Shown here piece after piece: positions 17,250-26,457 of a stretch of 32,000 bases of DNA. The translations under genes were made by a program, and so were the position numbers. The notes below the pieces were generated by a model. It was not told where the DNA came from. It was given only the letters and a program-made list of their open reading frames with translations, and did no database searches. This stretch comes from Psychrobacter sp. DM4. GTDB lineage: Bacteria > Pseudomonadota > Gammaproteobacteria > Pseudomonadales > Moraxellaceae. Where the stretch lies: positions 1,830,001 to 1,862,000 of the forward strand of contig NZ_CP195536.1 in assembly GCF_051307035.1 (NCBI RefSeq). The letters are read 5' to 3'. Positions within the stretch are counted from its first letter, which is position 1. The number at the start of each line of letters is the position of its first letter.

Positions 17250-18122
17250 TTGAATACCACCAATTTGACAACGTTTGTGACTGTGATGCATACAGGTAGC
17301 ATCTCAGGGGCTGCAGAAAAGCTCTTTATTACCCAGCCTGCGGTCAGTAAACGCATAAAGAATCTAGAAGATGAATTCAAAATCACTCTCTTTGATACCG
17401 TAGGTCGCGGTATTGTTCCGACTCAAGCTGCCAGTGAAATGCTACCGCATGCCAAACGTTGGCTTGAGGATTACGAAAACTTTAAAATCAATTTGCAACA
17501 TGCAGAGCATATTGTATCAGGTAAATTAGTCATTGGTACCAGCCATCATATTGGTTTGCATCATTTGGCACCAGTACTTAAACATTTTATTCAAGCGTAT
17601 CCTGCGGTACAGTTAGAGGTACATTTTGTTGATTCAGAAGCAGCGCACAAAGCGGTATTGGATGGCGATCTCTCCTTAGCGTTTTTGACATTGCCGCCAG
17701 TTTATGACAAACGCCTAACCTATCATACGCTTTGGTCCGATCCGCTATACTTTATGACAGGTACCCTCTCCTCGCTTGCCAACAAAGCCAATGTCACTTT
17801 GGAGCAATTAGCTCGTTATCCTGCTATTTTGCCTTCAGCCAATACGTTTACTAGTCAAATCACTTTAGCGGAATTCGCCAAGCATAACCTCAAACCCTAT
17901 GCCACTATGAGCACCAATCCGCTAGAATCTATTCGTATGTTGGTATCAGTAGGCCTTGGCTGGTCTGTACTACCACAAACGCTCATTAGTCAAGATTTAG
18001 AGCGCATCAATATGGCTGACAACATTGAGCTGCAACGTTATCTAGGCGTAGTTATCAACCCTAAGTTGACACGCTCTAGTAGTGTTAGTGCTTTACTTGA
18101 TCTGCTAGCACCTATCGACTAG
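17250..18122 (+). CDS. LysR-family transcriptional regulator, divergent from leuCD
   Basis: ORF track. The TTG start is supported by AAGGA 7 nt upstream. The HTH is FVTVMHTGSISGAAEKLFITQPAVSKRIKNLE. Confidence 0.85.
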   Translation: MNTTNLTTFVTVMHTGSISGAAEKLFITQPAVSKRIKNLEDEFKITLFDTVGRGIVPTQAASEMLPHAKRWLEDYENFKINLQHAEHIVSGKLVIGTSHHIGLHHLAPVLKHFIQAYPAVQLEVHFVDSEAAHKAVLDGDLSLAFLTLPPVYDKRLTYHTLWSDPLYFMTGTLSSLANKANVTLEQLARYPAILPSANTFTSQITLAEFAKHNLKPYATMSTNPLESIRMLVSVGLGWSVLPQTLISQDLERINMADNIELQRYLGVVINPKLTRSSSVSALLDLLAPID

Positions 18123-18149
18123 TCTTCCAGGGTCTAACAACTCACTTCA

Positions 18150-18181
18150 AAGCGGTGCTGATAGTAACGTCAGTGCCGCTT
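18150..18181 (+). terminator. possible terminator hairpin after the LysR gene, with a weak U-tract
   Basis: AAGCGGTGCTGA and TCAGTGCCGCTT form a 12-bp stem with two G-U pairs and an 8-nt loop. The trailing sequence is only TTGCTATG. Confidence 0.4.
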
Positions 18182-18466
18182 TGCTATGTCAATACGTGTT
18201 TAACATTAGCGTACTTACAATTTATTCGCGACAATCCGTGACAACGGTCGTCTTCATTTGTTATTGTAACAACTAGTTACGATAGCGTTATATAATTAAC
18301 GTTTGTCACTATACGAATATGATTGTTTCAAGATGACGTATTTTAATAGGTAACCCGTCTACAATAACGAGTATGACTATTAAATCAGGCAAAATTTAGA
18401 TAGTTCAGTAATGGTTTTTCGGCTAAATATTGACACCCCTTTACTATCAATAGATAGCCCTACTCT

Positions 18467-18503
18467 AAAACCATTACTTTTATAGAATGGTTTTTTTGTT
18501 TTT
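18467..18503 (+). terminator. terminator-like hairpin with a long T-tract about 95 nt upstream of putP (attenuator or insulator)
   Basis: AAAACCATT (18467-18475), a 10-nt loop and AATGGTTTT (18486-18494), running into TTTTTTTGTTTTT. The 5' arm can alternatively pair with GTAATGGTTTT at 18408-18418. Confidence 0.55.
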
Positions 18504-18596
18504 GGGAATAAAATTTTATTGGTTAATAATTCTACTGTTAGACAATGTCACTAATATATACAAGCAAAGCCAATAGCTTTGGCTAAGGATAGCGAT

Positions 18597-20096
18597 ATGA
18601 ATGGAGTTTCCACTGGCGTATTAATCTCACTCGCCGCATACTTTTTAGTAATGATAGGGATTGGTGTTTATGCTTATTTCAAGCAAGCCAATGACACTGA
18701 AGGCTATATGCTCGGCGGCCGAAACCTGAGTCCTGCGGTTACTGCCCTCTCGGCTGGTGCCTCAGATATGTCAGGGTGGTTGTTGCTTGGCTTGCCAGGG
18801 TATATGTATGGCTCTGGTGTAGTCAGTATTTGGATTGCGCTAGGCTTGACCTTAGGTGCTCTTATGAACTACATCATTGTAGCACCGCGCCTGCGTGTCT
18901 ACACTGAAGTGGCTGACAATGCTATTACCCTGCCCGATTACTTTGCCAATCGATTCGAAGACAAGTCGCACATGCTGCGCGTTATCTCAGCGATTGTTAT
19001 TATTCTATTCTTTACTGTCTATACCGCGGCAAGTTTGGTCGGCGGTGGTAAATTGTTCGAAAGTTCGCTAAATCTGCCTTATAACACGGGTCTATGGGTA
19101 ACCGCTGGTGTCGTTGTCGCTTATACTTTATTTGGCGGTTTCTTAGCCGTATCGATGACTGACTTTGTTCAAGGCATCATCATGCTCTTTGCTTTGGTCA
19201 TCGTACCTCTTGTTGCCTTTACTGATCTTGGCGGCGTAGCGTCGGTTACTGAATCGGTTAGAAATATCGATCCCTCAATGTTGAACATTTTTAGTGGTAT
19301 GACCTTTTTGGGTATCATCTCATTAATGGCATGGGGTTTGGGTTATTTTGGTCAGCCGCATATCATCGTGCGTTTTATGGCGATACGTTCAGTCAAAGAC
19401 GTTCCTACTGCTCGTAACATCGGTATGAGCTGGATGATCGTCAGTTTGATCGGTGCATTAGCGACTGGTTTCGCAGGTCGTGCTTATGTCGAGAGAACAG
19501 CGATGACCTTGGATGATCCAGAAACGATCTTCTTAGTATTCACGCAGTTCTTGTTCACGCCGCTGGTATCAGGTTTCTTGTTAGCTGCTATCTTGGCCGC
19601 TATTATGAGTACTATCTCATCACAGCTACTCGTGGTATCAAGCTCACTGACCAAAGATGTGTACAAGCTATTCTTTGATAGAGACGCCCCAGAAGCGCGT
19701 CAAGTACTCGTTGGCCGTATCTCAGTTGTCATCGTCGCTGTGGTATCAATATTACTGGCCTCTGATCCTGAAAGCTCAGTATTAGAACTCGTCTCTCATG
19801 CTTGGGCAGGCTTCGGTGCTGCCTTCGGACCTTTGGTTATATTTAGCTTAGTGTGGCGCGGTATGAACCGTAACGGCGCTGTCGCTGGTATGGTTGTTGG
19901 TGCTTTGACCGTCATCCTTTGGGTCTATGGTCCATTCCAGATGAATGGTATGGCTTTAAACGATTGGTTGTACGCTATTGTTCCAGGCTTTGTCTTGAGC
20001 ACTATCGCCATCTTTGTAGTCAGTAAGATGACAGGTGGACCTAAGTCTACGGTTTCAGCCAAATTCAAAGAGATGGAGCTAAACTTGCATAAGTAA
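18597..20096 (+). CDS. putP: sodium/proline symporter (SSS family)
   Basis: The ORF track gives 18579..20096 from a TTG. I refine the start to ATG 18597, with TAAGGAT 6 nt upstream. GYMLGGRNLSPAVTALSAGASDMSGWLLLGLPG is typical of PutP. Confidence 0.9.
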   Translation: MNGVSTGVLISLAAYFLVMIGIGVYAYFKQANDTEGYMLGGRNLSPAVTALSAGASDMSGWLLLGLPGYMYGSGVVSIWIALGLTLGALMNYIIVAPRLRVYTEVADNAITLPDYFANRFEDKSHMLRVISAIVIILFFTVYTAASLVGGGKLFESSLNLPYNTGLWVTAGVVVAYTLFGGFLAVSMTDFVQGIIMLFALVIVPLVAFTDLGGVASVTESVRNIDPSMLNIFSGMTFLGIISLMAWGLGYFGQPHIIVRFMAIRSVKDVPTARNIGMSWMIVSLIGALATGFAGRAYVERTAMTLDDPETIFLVFTQFLFTPLVSGFLLAAILAAIMSTISSQLLVVSSSLTKDVYKLFFDRDAPEARQVLVGRISVVIVAVVSILLASDPESSVLELVSHAWAGFGAAFGPLVIFSLVWRGMNRNGAVAGMVVGALTVILWVYGPFQMNGMALNDWLYAIVPGFVLSTIAIFVVSKMTGGPKSTVSAKFKEMELNLHK

Positions 20097-20151
20097 GTAA
20101 AGCGTTAGCTGAATTTCTATTTCTATTTTTATTTTTATTTCTATAATTACT

Positions 20152-20186
20152 AACCTCGTTACTGTTCTAGTAGCGAGGTTTTTTAC
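20152..20186 (+). terminator. intrinsic terminator of putP
   Basis: AACCTCG ... CGAGGTT forms the stem (20152-20180) and is followed by TTTTTT. Confidence 0.65.
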
Positions 20187-20474
20187 TGCCTGTATTTGTT
20201 TGATACTAAATAATAGCTACCTTGTACTCTTTGAACATAAGACAGTTTGCTTGGACTATTGTCTTGTTCACACAGCACTATCTACCCTAAACGTTTAATA
20301 TCAGCATTTCACGTTATAAACATAAACGTTACCTGCCTGCTCCTAGACCTCTAGTTTCTATATAAGCTGTTTGATAGACCTTTAATCCTATAGAAGCAGA
20401 TTAGAGATGCATCTAACGCTCATGATTGATCTAAAAATCTCTTTATTCCCTTAACTTAAAATATAAACACCCAT

Positions 20475-20506
20475 AAAAAAACGACCCATTAAGGATCGTT
20501 TTTTTT
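20475..20506 (-). terminator. intrinsic terminator of FadL-like gene 1
   Basis: The minus strand reads ACGATCC-TTAAT-GGGTCGT (7 bp, one G-U), followed by T6. On the plus strand the wobble becomes a C-A mismatch, which is consistent with minus-strand function. Confidence 0.65.
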
Positions 20507-20531
20507 CAAAGGTTAGTTTCTAATCACTAAA

Positions 20532-22055
20532 TTAGAAGCCCTGCTTTGCTTGGTAAGATAGTTTTGCACCTAAGATAAAGCCATCATTGTCTTCGGCATC
20601 GACAACAACTTTTCCTGTTGGTAGTCGACCTTTTGCATCACCGAACCATAGATATTTACCACCCGCTGATACAGCCCAGTTCTCGGTAACGTTGTACTTA
20701 GCACCAAGACCAACACTGTAGTAGCCATCTACTGGACCTAGTGAAGTGGTTGGATCACCTGCACCACTATCGTAACCAACTGTACCGCTAACTGCTAATG
20801 CTGGTGCTAAACGCTTGGCTAAACCCACTTCTACTTGCCATTGATCATCTTCATACTCAACCAATTTTAGTCCATCATCAGCGTATAATGGGTTGTTCTT
20901 GCTCACTGCATTGTATAGTGGAGGGGTGATTGAAAAATCACTCCATGGTACCCAGCGCACTTTCATTGAAGCTAGAGTCGTTGGGTTAATACCAGTCTGA
21001 AAATCAAAGTTAACAGACTCAGGAGTCGTAATCTCGTAATCATTAGTTTGTGTAGCGGCAGCTGGGTCACCTGCTAAGAGTCCTGCCAACGGATATGTTT
21101 CAGTAATATCTATGTTGTGGTCAATCTCAGAACGGTAAGTCAACGCCGCTTTTAGAGCGATTTCAGGCTTGCTGTATGAAAAACCTGCAATATAACCATA
21201 ATCCATATCAGGGTTGCTGTTAGAGGTGTAACCAGTGGCAAGATCATATGCACTACCACGTAATCTTACTTGAGCCTCGAGACGTTGGGCAACTGGACCA
21301 CCGTAGATTTGAAATTCTTTGTTAGCGCCAAACTTAGCACCAAGAAGAGCTGTTAAACTCTGGCTACGTACTTCAACTTTAGTGTTTTGAGTATTGGCAA
21401 GCTGTGCTTTGGCATAATTATCGAAGCCTACCAGCGTAGGTAAAGCAGCCTCACCAGTTGCAATTTGTGTTTGAAGAGCAGTAATCTGTCCTTGTATCTG
21501 CGCTTGAGCTGCTGGATTTGTAGTGTTTTGCAGAGCTTGTTGTAATTGTCCAACACCAGCTCTGGCTCTATCTAAATTACCTGGAAGATCATTGACATAG
21601 GTACTCAACTCTTGAGCGTTGGTAACTTGCGGTACCAATGGAGTTACTCGGTCTCCAATAAGATTATCAATTGCGACAGTTGGCGAACCAGTAAAGTTGC
21701 TATCACCTGTATACTCAGCAGAAGCACCAAACGGCTCGTCATAGATAATACCTACGCTAAAAGTATCATTAACATCGGCTTTTGCACCATAACGGAAAAA
21801 GTCGTAATCTTCAGCGATATCACCTGTCTTGTTGCCATCTTCAAACCGAGTATTGCTGTCTCCATTAAAGGCATTGTCTCTACCACTTACATCAGCGTCG
21901 ATATAAGTATAGACAGCCTCAGCGTAAACACCATCTTGGAAAAAGGCAGTGACATCTTGACCTGAACGATCAAGGCCAGCAGCACTAGCAGCGCTAGCGA
22001 CTGAAAAAGCAGCGATAGCTACTGTGAGGGTTTTTAAGTGAAAGGTGGCGCGCAT
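20532..22055 (-). CDS. FadL/OmpP1/TodX-family outer-membrane transport protein, long paralog (507 aa)
   Basis: ORF track. The signal peptide ends ...ASAASAA|GLDRSGQD. The protein is beta-barrel-like, rich in alternating residues, and ends in an aromatic residue (...SYQAKQGF). Confidence 0.85.
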   Translation of the reverse strand: MRATFHLKTLTVAIAAFSVASAASAAGLDRSGQDVTAFFQDGVYAEAVYTYIDADVSGRDNAFNGDSNTRFEDGNKTGDIAEDYDFFRYGAKADVNDTFSVGIIYDEPFGASAEYTGDSNFTGSPTVAIDNLIGDRVTPLVPQVTNAQELSTYVNDLPGNLDRARAGVGQLQQALQNTTNPAAQAQIQGQITALQTQIATGEAALPTLVGFDNYAKAQLANTQNTKVEVRSQSLTALLGAKFGANKEFQIYGGPVAQRLEAQVRLRGSAYDLATGYTSNSNPDMDYGYIAGFSYSKPEIALKAALTYRSEIDHNIDITETYPLAGLLAGDPAAATQTNDYEITTPESVNFDFQTGINPTTLASMKVRWVPWSDFSITPPLYNAVSKNNPLYADDGLKLVEYEDDQWQVEVGLAKRLAPALAVSGTVGYDSGAGDPTTSLGPVDGYYSVGLGAKYNVTENWAVSAGGKYLWFGDAKGRLPTGKVVVDAEDNDGFILGAKLSYQAKQGF

Positions 22056-22257
22056 TGTATTTCTCCAAACATCCCAGTTGTTTAATCGTCAATATAAGTA
22101 AGTGTTACTAAATATGTAGACGATGTCCTAAATTGAATAGTAATGGCTTTTTGACACTAAAACAACATTTAAAGTACTTTATTTCTCCATTATGACTGAA
22201 CAGTACATGATATATGCTGGTTTCTAAATAAAATAGTTCTGTGTTGATAGTTTAAAT

Positions 22258-22287
22258 GACTTATATATGCGATAGAATATATAAGTC
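22258..22287. repeat. perfect 11-bp AT-rich inverted repeat between the two FadL paralogs
   Basis: GACTTATATAT (22258-22268), an 8-nt spacer and ATATATAAGTC (22277-22287). Confidence 0.85.
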
Positions 22288-22319
22288 TAGCTTTTTGCCT
22301 AATCTACTTCGCTCAAATC

Positions 22320-22350
22320 AAAAAAACGACCCTAAAAGGATCGCTTTTTT
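22320..22350 (-). terminator. intrinsic terminator of FadL-like gene 2, homologous to the one at 20475-20506
   Basis: The minus strand reads CGATCC-TTTTA-GGGTCG followed by a T-run. It shares AAAAAACGACCC...AGGATCG with the other terminator. Confidence 0.6.
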
Positions 22351-22394
22351 ATTGATTTACCATTTTTATTTTAACTTACTCTTTACCAGAGTGA

Positions 22395-23633
22395 CTATTT
22401 AGCCTGATAAGAGATTTTGGCACCTAAGATAAAGCCATCATTGTCTTCAAAGTCACTGACGATTTGTCCGCTCGGTATCTGACCTTCGGCATCACCGAAC
22501 CATAGGTACTTGCCGCCTGCTGATACCGCCCAGTTTTCAGTCACGTTATATTTAGCACCAAGGCCTACACTATAGTAGCCTTCGATAGGGCCTAGTGAGG
22601 TGACAGGATCGCCTGCACCGCTATCCCAGCCGATGTTACCGCTAACCGCTAACGCTTTCGATAAACGTTTAGCAAGTCCTAACTCTACGACCCACTGATC
22701 GTCATCATAGCTGACTAATGGTAAACCATCAGGACGGAATGCAGGATTAGCAGTGCTCACCTCGTTATAAAGTGACGGTACGATTGCGAAATCACCCCAA
22801 GGTACCCAGCGTACTCTTGCAGTAGCTAAAGTTGTTGGGTTAATACCCGTCTGGAAATCAAAGTTGACTGATTCAGGTGTTGTTATCTCTATATCGCCAC
22901 TTCTATTTGTTGGAAAAGCGAACGGTCCACCAGCTACTGGTGGTATAGAGCCTCCAATTGCAGTTGCTAGAGGATAACTTTCGCCAGCGTTTGTTGTGTG
23001 CTCAATCTCTGAACGATATGTCAATGCTGCTAGTAATGCGATTTCAGGTTTGCTATAAGACAGGCCAGCTATCCAGCCATAATCCTGATCAGTGCTAATA
23101 TTCGTGGTGTAACCATTAGCTGGACCATAAGCTGGACCACGTAGTTGCACATCTGCTTGTACACGCTGAGCTACTGGACCACCATAAACCTGAAACTCTT
23201 TATTTGTGCCAAATTTTGCACCTAAAATACCCGTTAGGCTTTCGGTGCGAACTTCGACATTGGTTTCTTCACCATTTCTTGGAGAAACTGGGTTTTGATC
23301 TATAAAATTATTCTCGCCCACGTAGTCTGCTGCCGCGCCAAAAGGCTCATCGTAAAGAATACCAACACTAAAAGTGTCATTGATGTCTGCTTTTACGCCA
23401 TAACGAAAAAAATCATAGTCCTCGGCGATATCTTGTATCTTGTTACCTGATGTATCTGTGCCTGTTACATCAGCGTCTATATAAGTATATACCGTCTCGG
23501 CATAAACACCATCTTGAAAGAAGGCAGTTACATCTTGACCTGAGCGATCGAGGCCAGCAGCATTAGTTACACTAGCTATAGACAAAGCAGCGATGGCTAG
23601 GGGTAGAGTCTTTAAATTGAAAACGACACGCAT
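22395..23633 (-). CDS. FadL/OmpP1/TodX-family outer-membrane transport protein, short paralog (412 aa) lacking the terminal aromatic residue
   Basis: The ORF track gives 22395..23654. I refine the start to ATG 23633, because GGAGAAATACAATG is conserved with the paralog at 22055. The protein is highly similar to 20532..22055 and ends ...SYQAK at a TAG. Confidence 0.8.
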   Translation of the reverse strand: MRVVFNLKTLPLAIAALSIASVTNAAGLDRSGQDVTAFFQDGVYAETVYTYIDADVTGTDTSGNKIQDIAEDYDFFRYGVKADINDTFSVGILYDEPFGAAADYVGENNFIDQNPVSPRNGEETNVEVRTESLTGILGAKFGTNKEFQVYGGPVAQRVQADVQLRGPAYGPANGYTTNISTDQDYGWIAGLSYSKPEIALLAALTYRSEIEHTTNAGESYPLATAIGGSIPPVAGGPFAFPTNRSGDIEITTPESVNFDFQTGINPTTLATARVRWVPWGDFAIVPSLYNEVSTANPAFRPDGLPLVSYDDDQWVVELGLAKRLSKALAVSGNIGWDSGAGDPVTSLGPIEGYYSVGLGAKYNVTENWAVSAGGKYLWFGDAEGQIPSGQIVSDFEDNDGFILGAKISYQAK

Positions 23634-23776
23634 TGTATTTCTCCAGACATCCAAATAATTGTCACTGTAATAATAGTAGACAGGCAGTTTAAAACTGGAG
23701 TGATACTAATAGCTTTTGCGCTGCAAAACAATCAAAAAAACACACTATTGCTCACTTGTGACTCTATGGTCACTGG

Positions 23777-24055
23777 TTAGTAATGTGGGGGTTTATCTGC
23801 TATAACGTCGAATGGTGCTATACCCTGATCTCCGTTTTGATTTTGTTGCTGTTTATTTATAAGTTGAATCTGACGCTGTAGAGCCTGAATATGTTGGTCT
23901 TGACGAGTCACGACTTGATCTAATTGCTCCACCGTCCTTTCAAGATGTGCCATGCTCATTTGTAACTCTGTCATCTGCTCCTGAATATCGGGCGTGGCTG
24001 TCTCATTAAGATTTTGCAAATTATTGTTATGTTTATCATCTATTAAAAGGGTCAT
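23777..24055 (-). CDS. slyX: SlyX-family coiled-coil protein
   Basis: The ORF track gives 23777..24160, and I prefer ATG 24055 with GAGAG upstream. The coiled coil and the C-terminal ...KPPHY match the PPPHY end I recall from E. coli SlyX. Confidence 0.7.
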   Translation of the reverse strand: MTLLIDDKHNNNLQNLNETATPDIQEQMTELQMSMAHLERTVEQLDQVVTRQDQHIQALQRQIQLINKQQQNQNGDQGIAPFDVIADKPPHY

Positions 24056-24356
24056 GGTTCTCTCGTAGTTGTTATTGTGGAGTGATAATAACGGATATGT
24101 ACTTGATATGTTTATATTGACAGCTTGGTTGGCAATCGTCTCTTTAGCAAGAACATCCAAATTTACGGTTATAAGAACAAGCCATGTTAAATATAATAAT
24201 AAAGGTTGTCTATGAAAGAAAACTGGTATGACAGCGTGTTATACTGCCATCAGCTGAGCAAGACCCTTTATCGCGGTATGTGTTACGGCGTTACTTACTG
24301 ATAGCTTGATCCTCTCATCACAATTCTTACCTCTATATATAAGCTTAAGATACTCT

Positions 24357-26297
24357 ATGGCACTGATACATCTAAAAAACATTCATCTCGCTTTTGGCGT
24401 GGCTCCCGTACTCGACGGTATTGACTTTAGCATTAACGAGGGCGAGCGCGTTTGCTTGATTGGTCGTAATGGCGAAGGCAAATCCACCTTATTCAAGCTC
24501 ATCAATGGCTCTTTGCAACCTGATAGTGGCGAGGTCATCATCAGTGGTAGCGCAAGCGTCGCTATGCTTGAGCAAGACGTTCCTGAAACTAGCGGTAAAA
24601 TACTAGATATCGTCATGGGCGGTAGTCGTCGTACCGCTGACCTGCTAATCAGTTACAATCAGCAGACTGATCTATGCGCTGATGGTGATATGGCTGCCTG
24701 CGAGCGTATGGCAACGCTACAACACGATATTGATGCGGTACATGGTTGGGATTTGGAGCGTGAAGCGAGACGCCTCATCACGACTATGGGTCTCGATCCT
24801 GAAGATGATTTGTCATCCTTATCCGGCGGGCGTAAGCGCCGTGTACTGTTGGCGCGTGCTCTTGTGACCAAGCCTGATATGTTACTCCTCGATGAGCCGA
24901 CCAACCATTTGGATGTTGACAGCATTGAGTGGCTAGAGCGCTTTTTGCTCGATTGGCAAGGTCTGACGCTACTGTTTGTCACCCATGATAGAGCCTTTGT
25001 TGATAAGCTGGCCACTCGCATTGTCGAGCTTGACCGTGGTCAATTGACCAGCTATGACGTCACTCAAGGCGCAAAGGGCTATGCTCGCTATCAAGAGCTC
25101 AAAGAGCTACAGCTATTAGCAGAAGAGAAGAACAATGCTAATTTTGACAAAAAATTGGCACAAGAAGAGGTTTGGATTCGTCAAGGTATCAAAGCCCGTC
25201 GTACTCGTAATGAGGGCCGCGTCCGTGATCTAAAAGCGTTACGCGCGGAGCGGAGCGATCGCCGTGAACAAGTCGGTAACGTCAATATTACAATGGGCGA
25301 AGGCGAAAAAAGCGGCAAACTGGTCTGTAAAGTCAAAAATCTACATCTTGAATACGACGGTAATGTCTTAGTCGACAATTTTACCACTACGATTATGCGT
25401 GGGGACAAGATCGGTATTATTGGTCCCAATGGTGCGGGTAAAACGACCCTTATCAAAGCTATACTCGACATGTCTGATGATGAGGTTACCAAAACAGGCA
25501 GCGTCGTCCTAGGTACAAATTTACAAATTGCCTTTTTTGATCAGCTGCGAGATCAGTTAGACCTTGAAGCAACTGTCGCTCAAAACGTCTCTGAAGGCTC
25601 AGACTTCATCGAGGTTGGTGGTCGCAAGACGCATATTATGAGCTATTTACAAGACTTCTTGTTCGCCCCAGAACGCGCTCGCACACCGGTCAAGGCTCTA
25701 TCTGGCGGTGAGCGTAATCGAGTACTACTCGCCAAACAGCTACTAAAACCTGCCAATATTTTAGTACTTGATGAGCCAACAAACGACTTGGATATGGCAA
25801 CCCTTGAGCTGTTAGAGGAATCTGTTAGTAGCTTTAACGGTACTATCTTACTTATCAGCCATGATCGCTCATTCATGGATAACGTGGTTACCTCTACTTG
25901 GGTATTTGACCAAGACGAAGGCGGACAAGGCGTGGTCAAAGAATATGTCGGCGGCTATCAAGAATACCTAGTACAAAAGAACCGCGCACAAGCAAGTATG
26001 GCAGCTAAAACGGCTTCTACTACTAATAGCAAGACTAATCATAAGAACACCTCAGCTATCAAACCAAAAAAGAGCGTCAAAAAGCTTAACTTTAATGAAC
26101 AGCGCGAACTCGATAGCTTGCCCAAAGAAATAGCAGCGCTAGAAGCTGAACAAAACGAGATACAAGAGAAGCTCGCTGATGGCTCTTGGTTCATTCGAGA
26201 CTTTGACAAAGCTACTGTTGCCAGCACACGCTTATTAGTTATCGAAGAGGAAATGATGAGTAAGCTTGAACGCTGGGAGATGCTCGAAGCTGATTAA
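24357..26297 (+). CDS. uup: ABC-F family ATPase (Uup-type, two ABC domains plus a C-terminal coiled coil)
   Basis: The ORF track gives 24306..26297 from a TTG, which I refine to ATG 24357 (MALIHLKNIHLAFG). It has two Walker A motifs (GRNGEGKST, GPNGAGKTT), two LSGG signatures and a C-terminal coiled coil. Confidence 0.88.
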   Translation: MALIHLKNIHLAFGVAPVLDGIDFSINEGERVCLIGRNGEGKSTLFKLINGSLQPDSGEVIISGSASVAMLEQDVPETSGKILDIVMGGSRRTADLLISYNQQTDLCADGDMAACERMATLQHDIDAVHGWDLEREARRLITTMGLDPEDDLSSLSGGRKRRVLLARALVTKPDMLLLDEPTNHLDVDSIEWLERFLLDWQGLTLLFVTHDRAFVDKLATRIVELDRGQLTSYDVTQGAKGYARYQELKELQLLAEEKNNANFDKKLAQEEVWIRQGIKARRTRNEGRVRDLKALRAERSDRREQVGNVNITMGEGEKSGKLVCKVKNLHLEYDGNVLVDNFTTTIMRGDKIGIIGPNGAGKTTLIKAILDMSDDEVTKTGSVVLGTNLQIAFFDQLRDQLDLEATVAQNVSEGSDFIEVGGRKTHIMSYLQDFLFAPERARTPVKALSGGERNRVLLAKQLLKPANILVLDEPTNDLDMATLELLEESVSSFNGTILLISHDRSFMDNVVTSTWVFDQDEGGQGVVKEYVGGYQEYLVQKNRAQASMAAKTASTTNSKTNHKNTSAIKPKKSVKKLNFNEQRELDSLPKEIAALEAEQNEIQEKLADGSWFIRDFDKATVASTRLLVIEEEMMSKLERWEMLEAD

Positions 26298-26457
26298 TTC
26301 GGTGAATGAACGTGCATGTTATAAGCATTTTCAACAGGTATGTATCCAGAAAATTTGTACAATCAAAAGCCTAATGAGCTTAACTGCAACCTCAGCTATC
26401 ATTCCTCATAGGAATACATCTCTAGAAATCAAAGAGTAATTGTTAAAATATAGCATT

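Noticed and set aside
18430-18456. TTGACA at 18430-18435 as the putP promoter
   Set aside because: The best downstream -10-like hexamer (TAGATA) is at 15-nt spacing. A start here would put the terminator-like hairpin at the very 5' end of the mRNA. It is not convincing.
20187-20473. About 290 nt unassigned between the convergent putP and FadL terminators, including a 10-bp palindrome AGATGCATCT and three AAACGTT copies
   Set aside because: I found no ORF with an RBS, no promoter-terminator pair and no strong structure. I treat it as spacer DNA, although an sRNA cannot be excluded without expression data.
24383-26227. Series of minus-strand ORFs (77-120 aa) inside uup, plus the 61-aa plus-strand ORF at 24682..24867
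   Set aside because: All are nested in a well-supported ABC-F gene. They are Ser/Arg/Leu-rich, as is typical of antisense or off-frame translation, and have no RBS.
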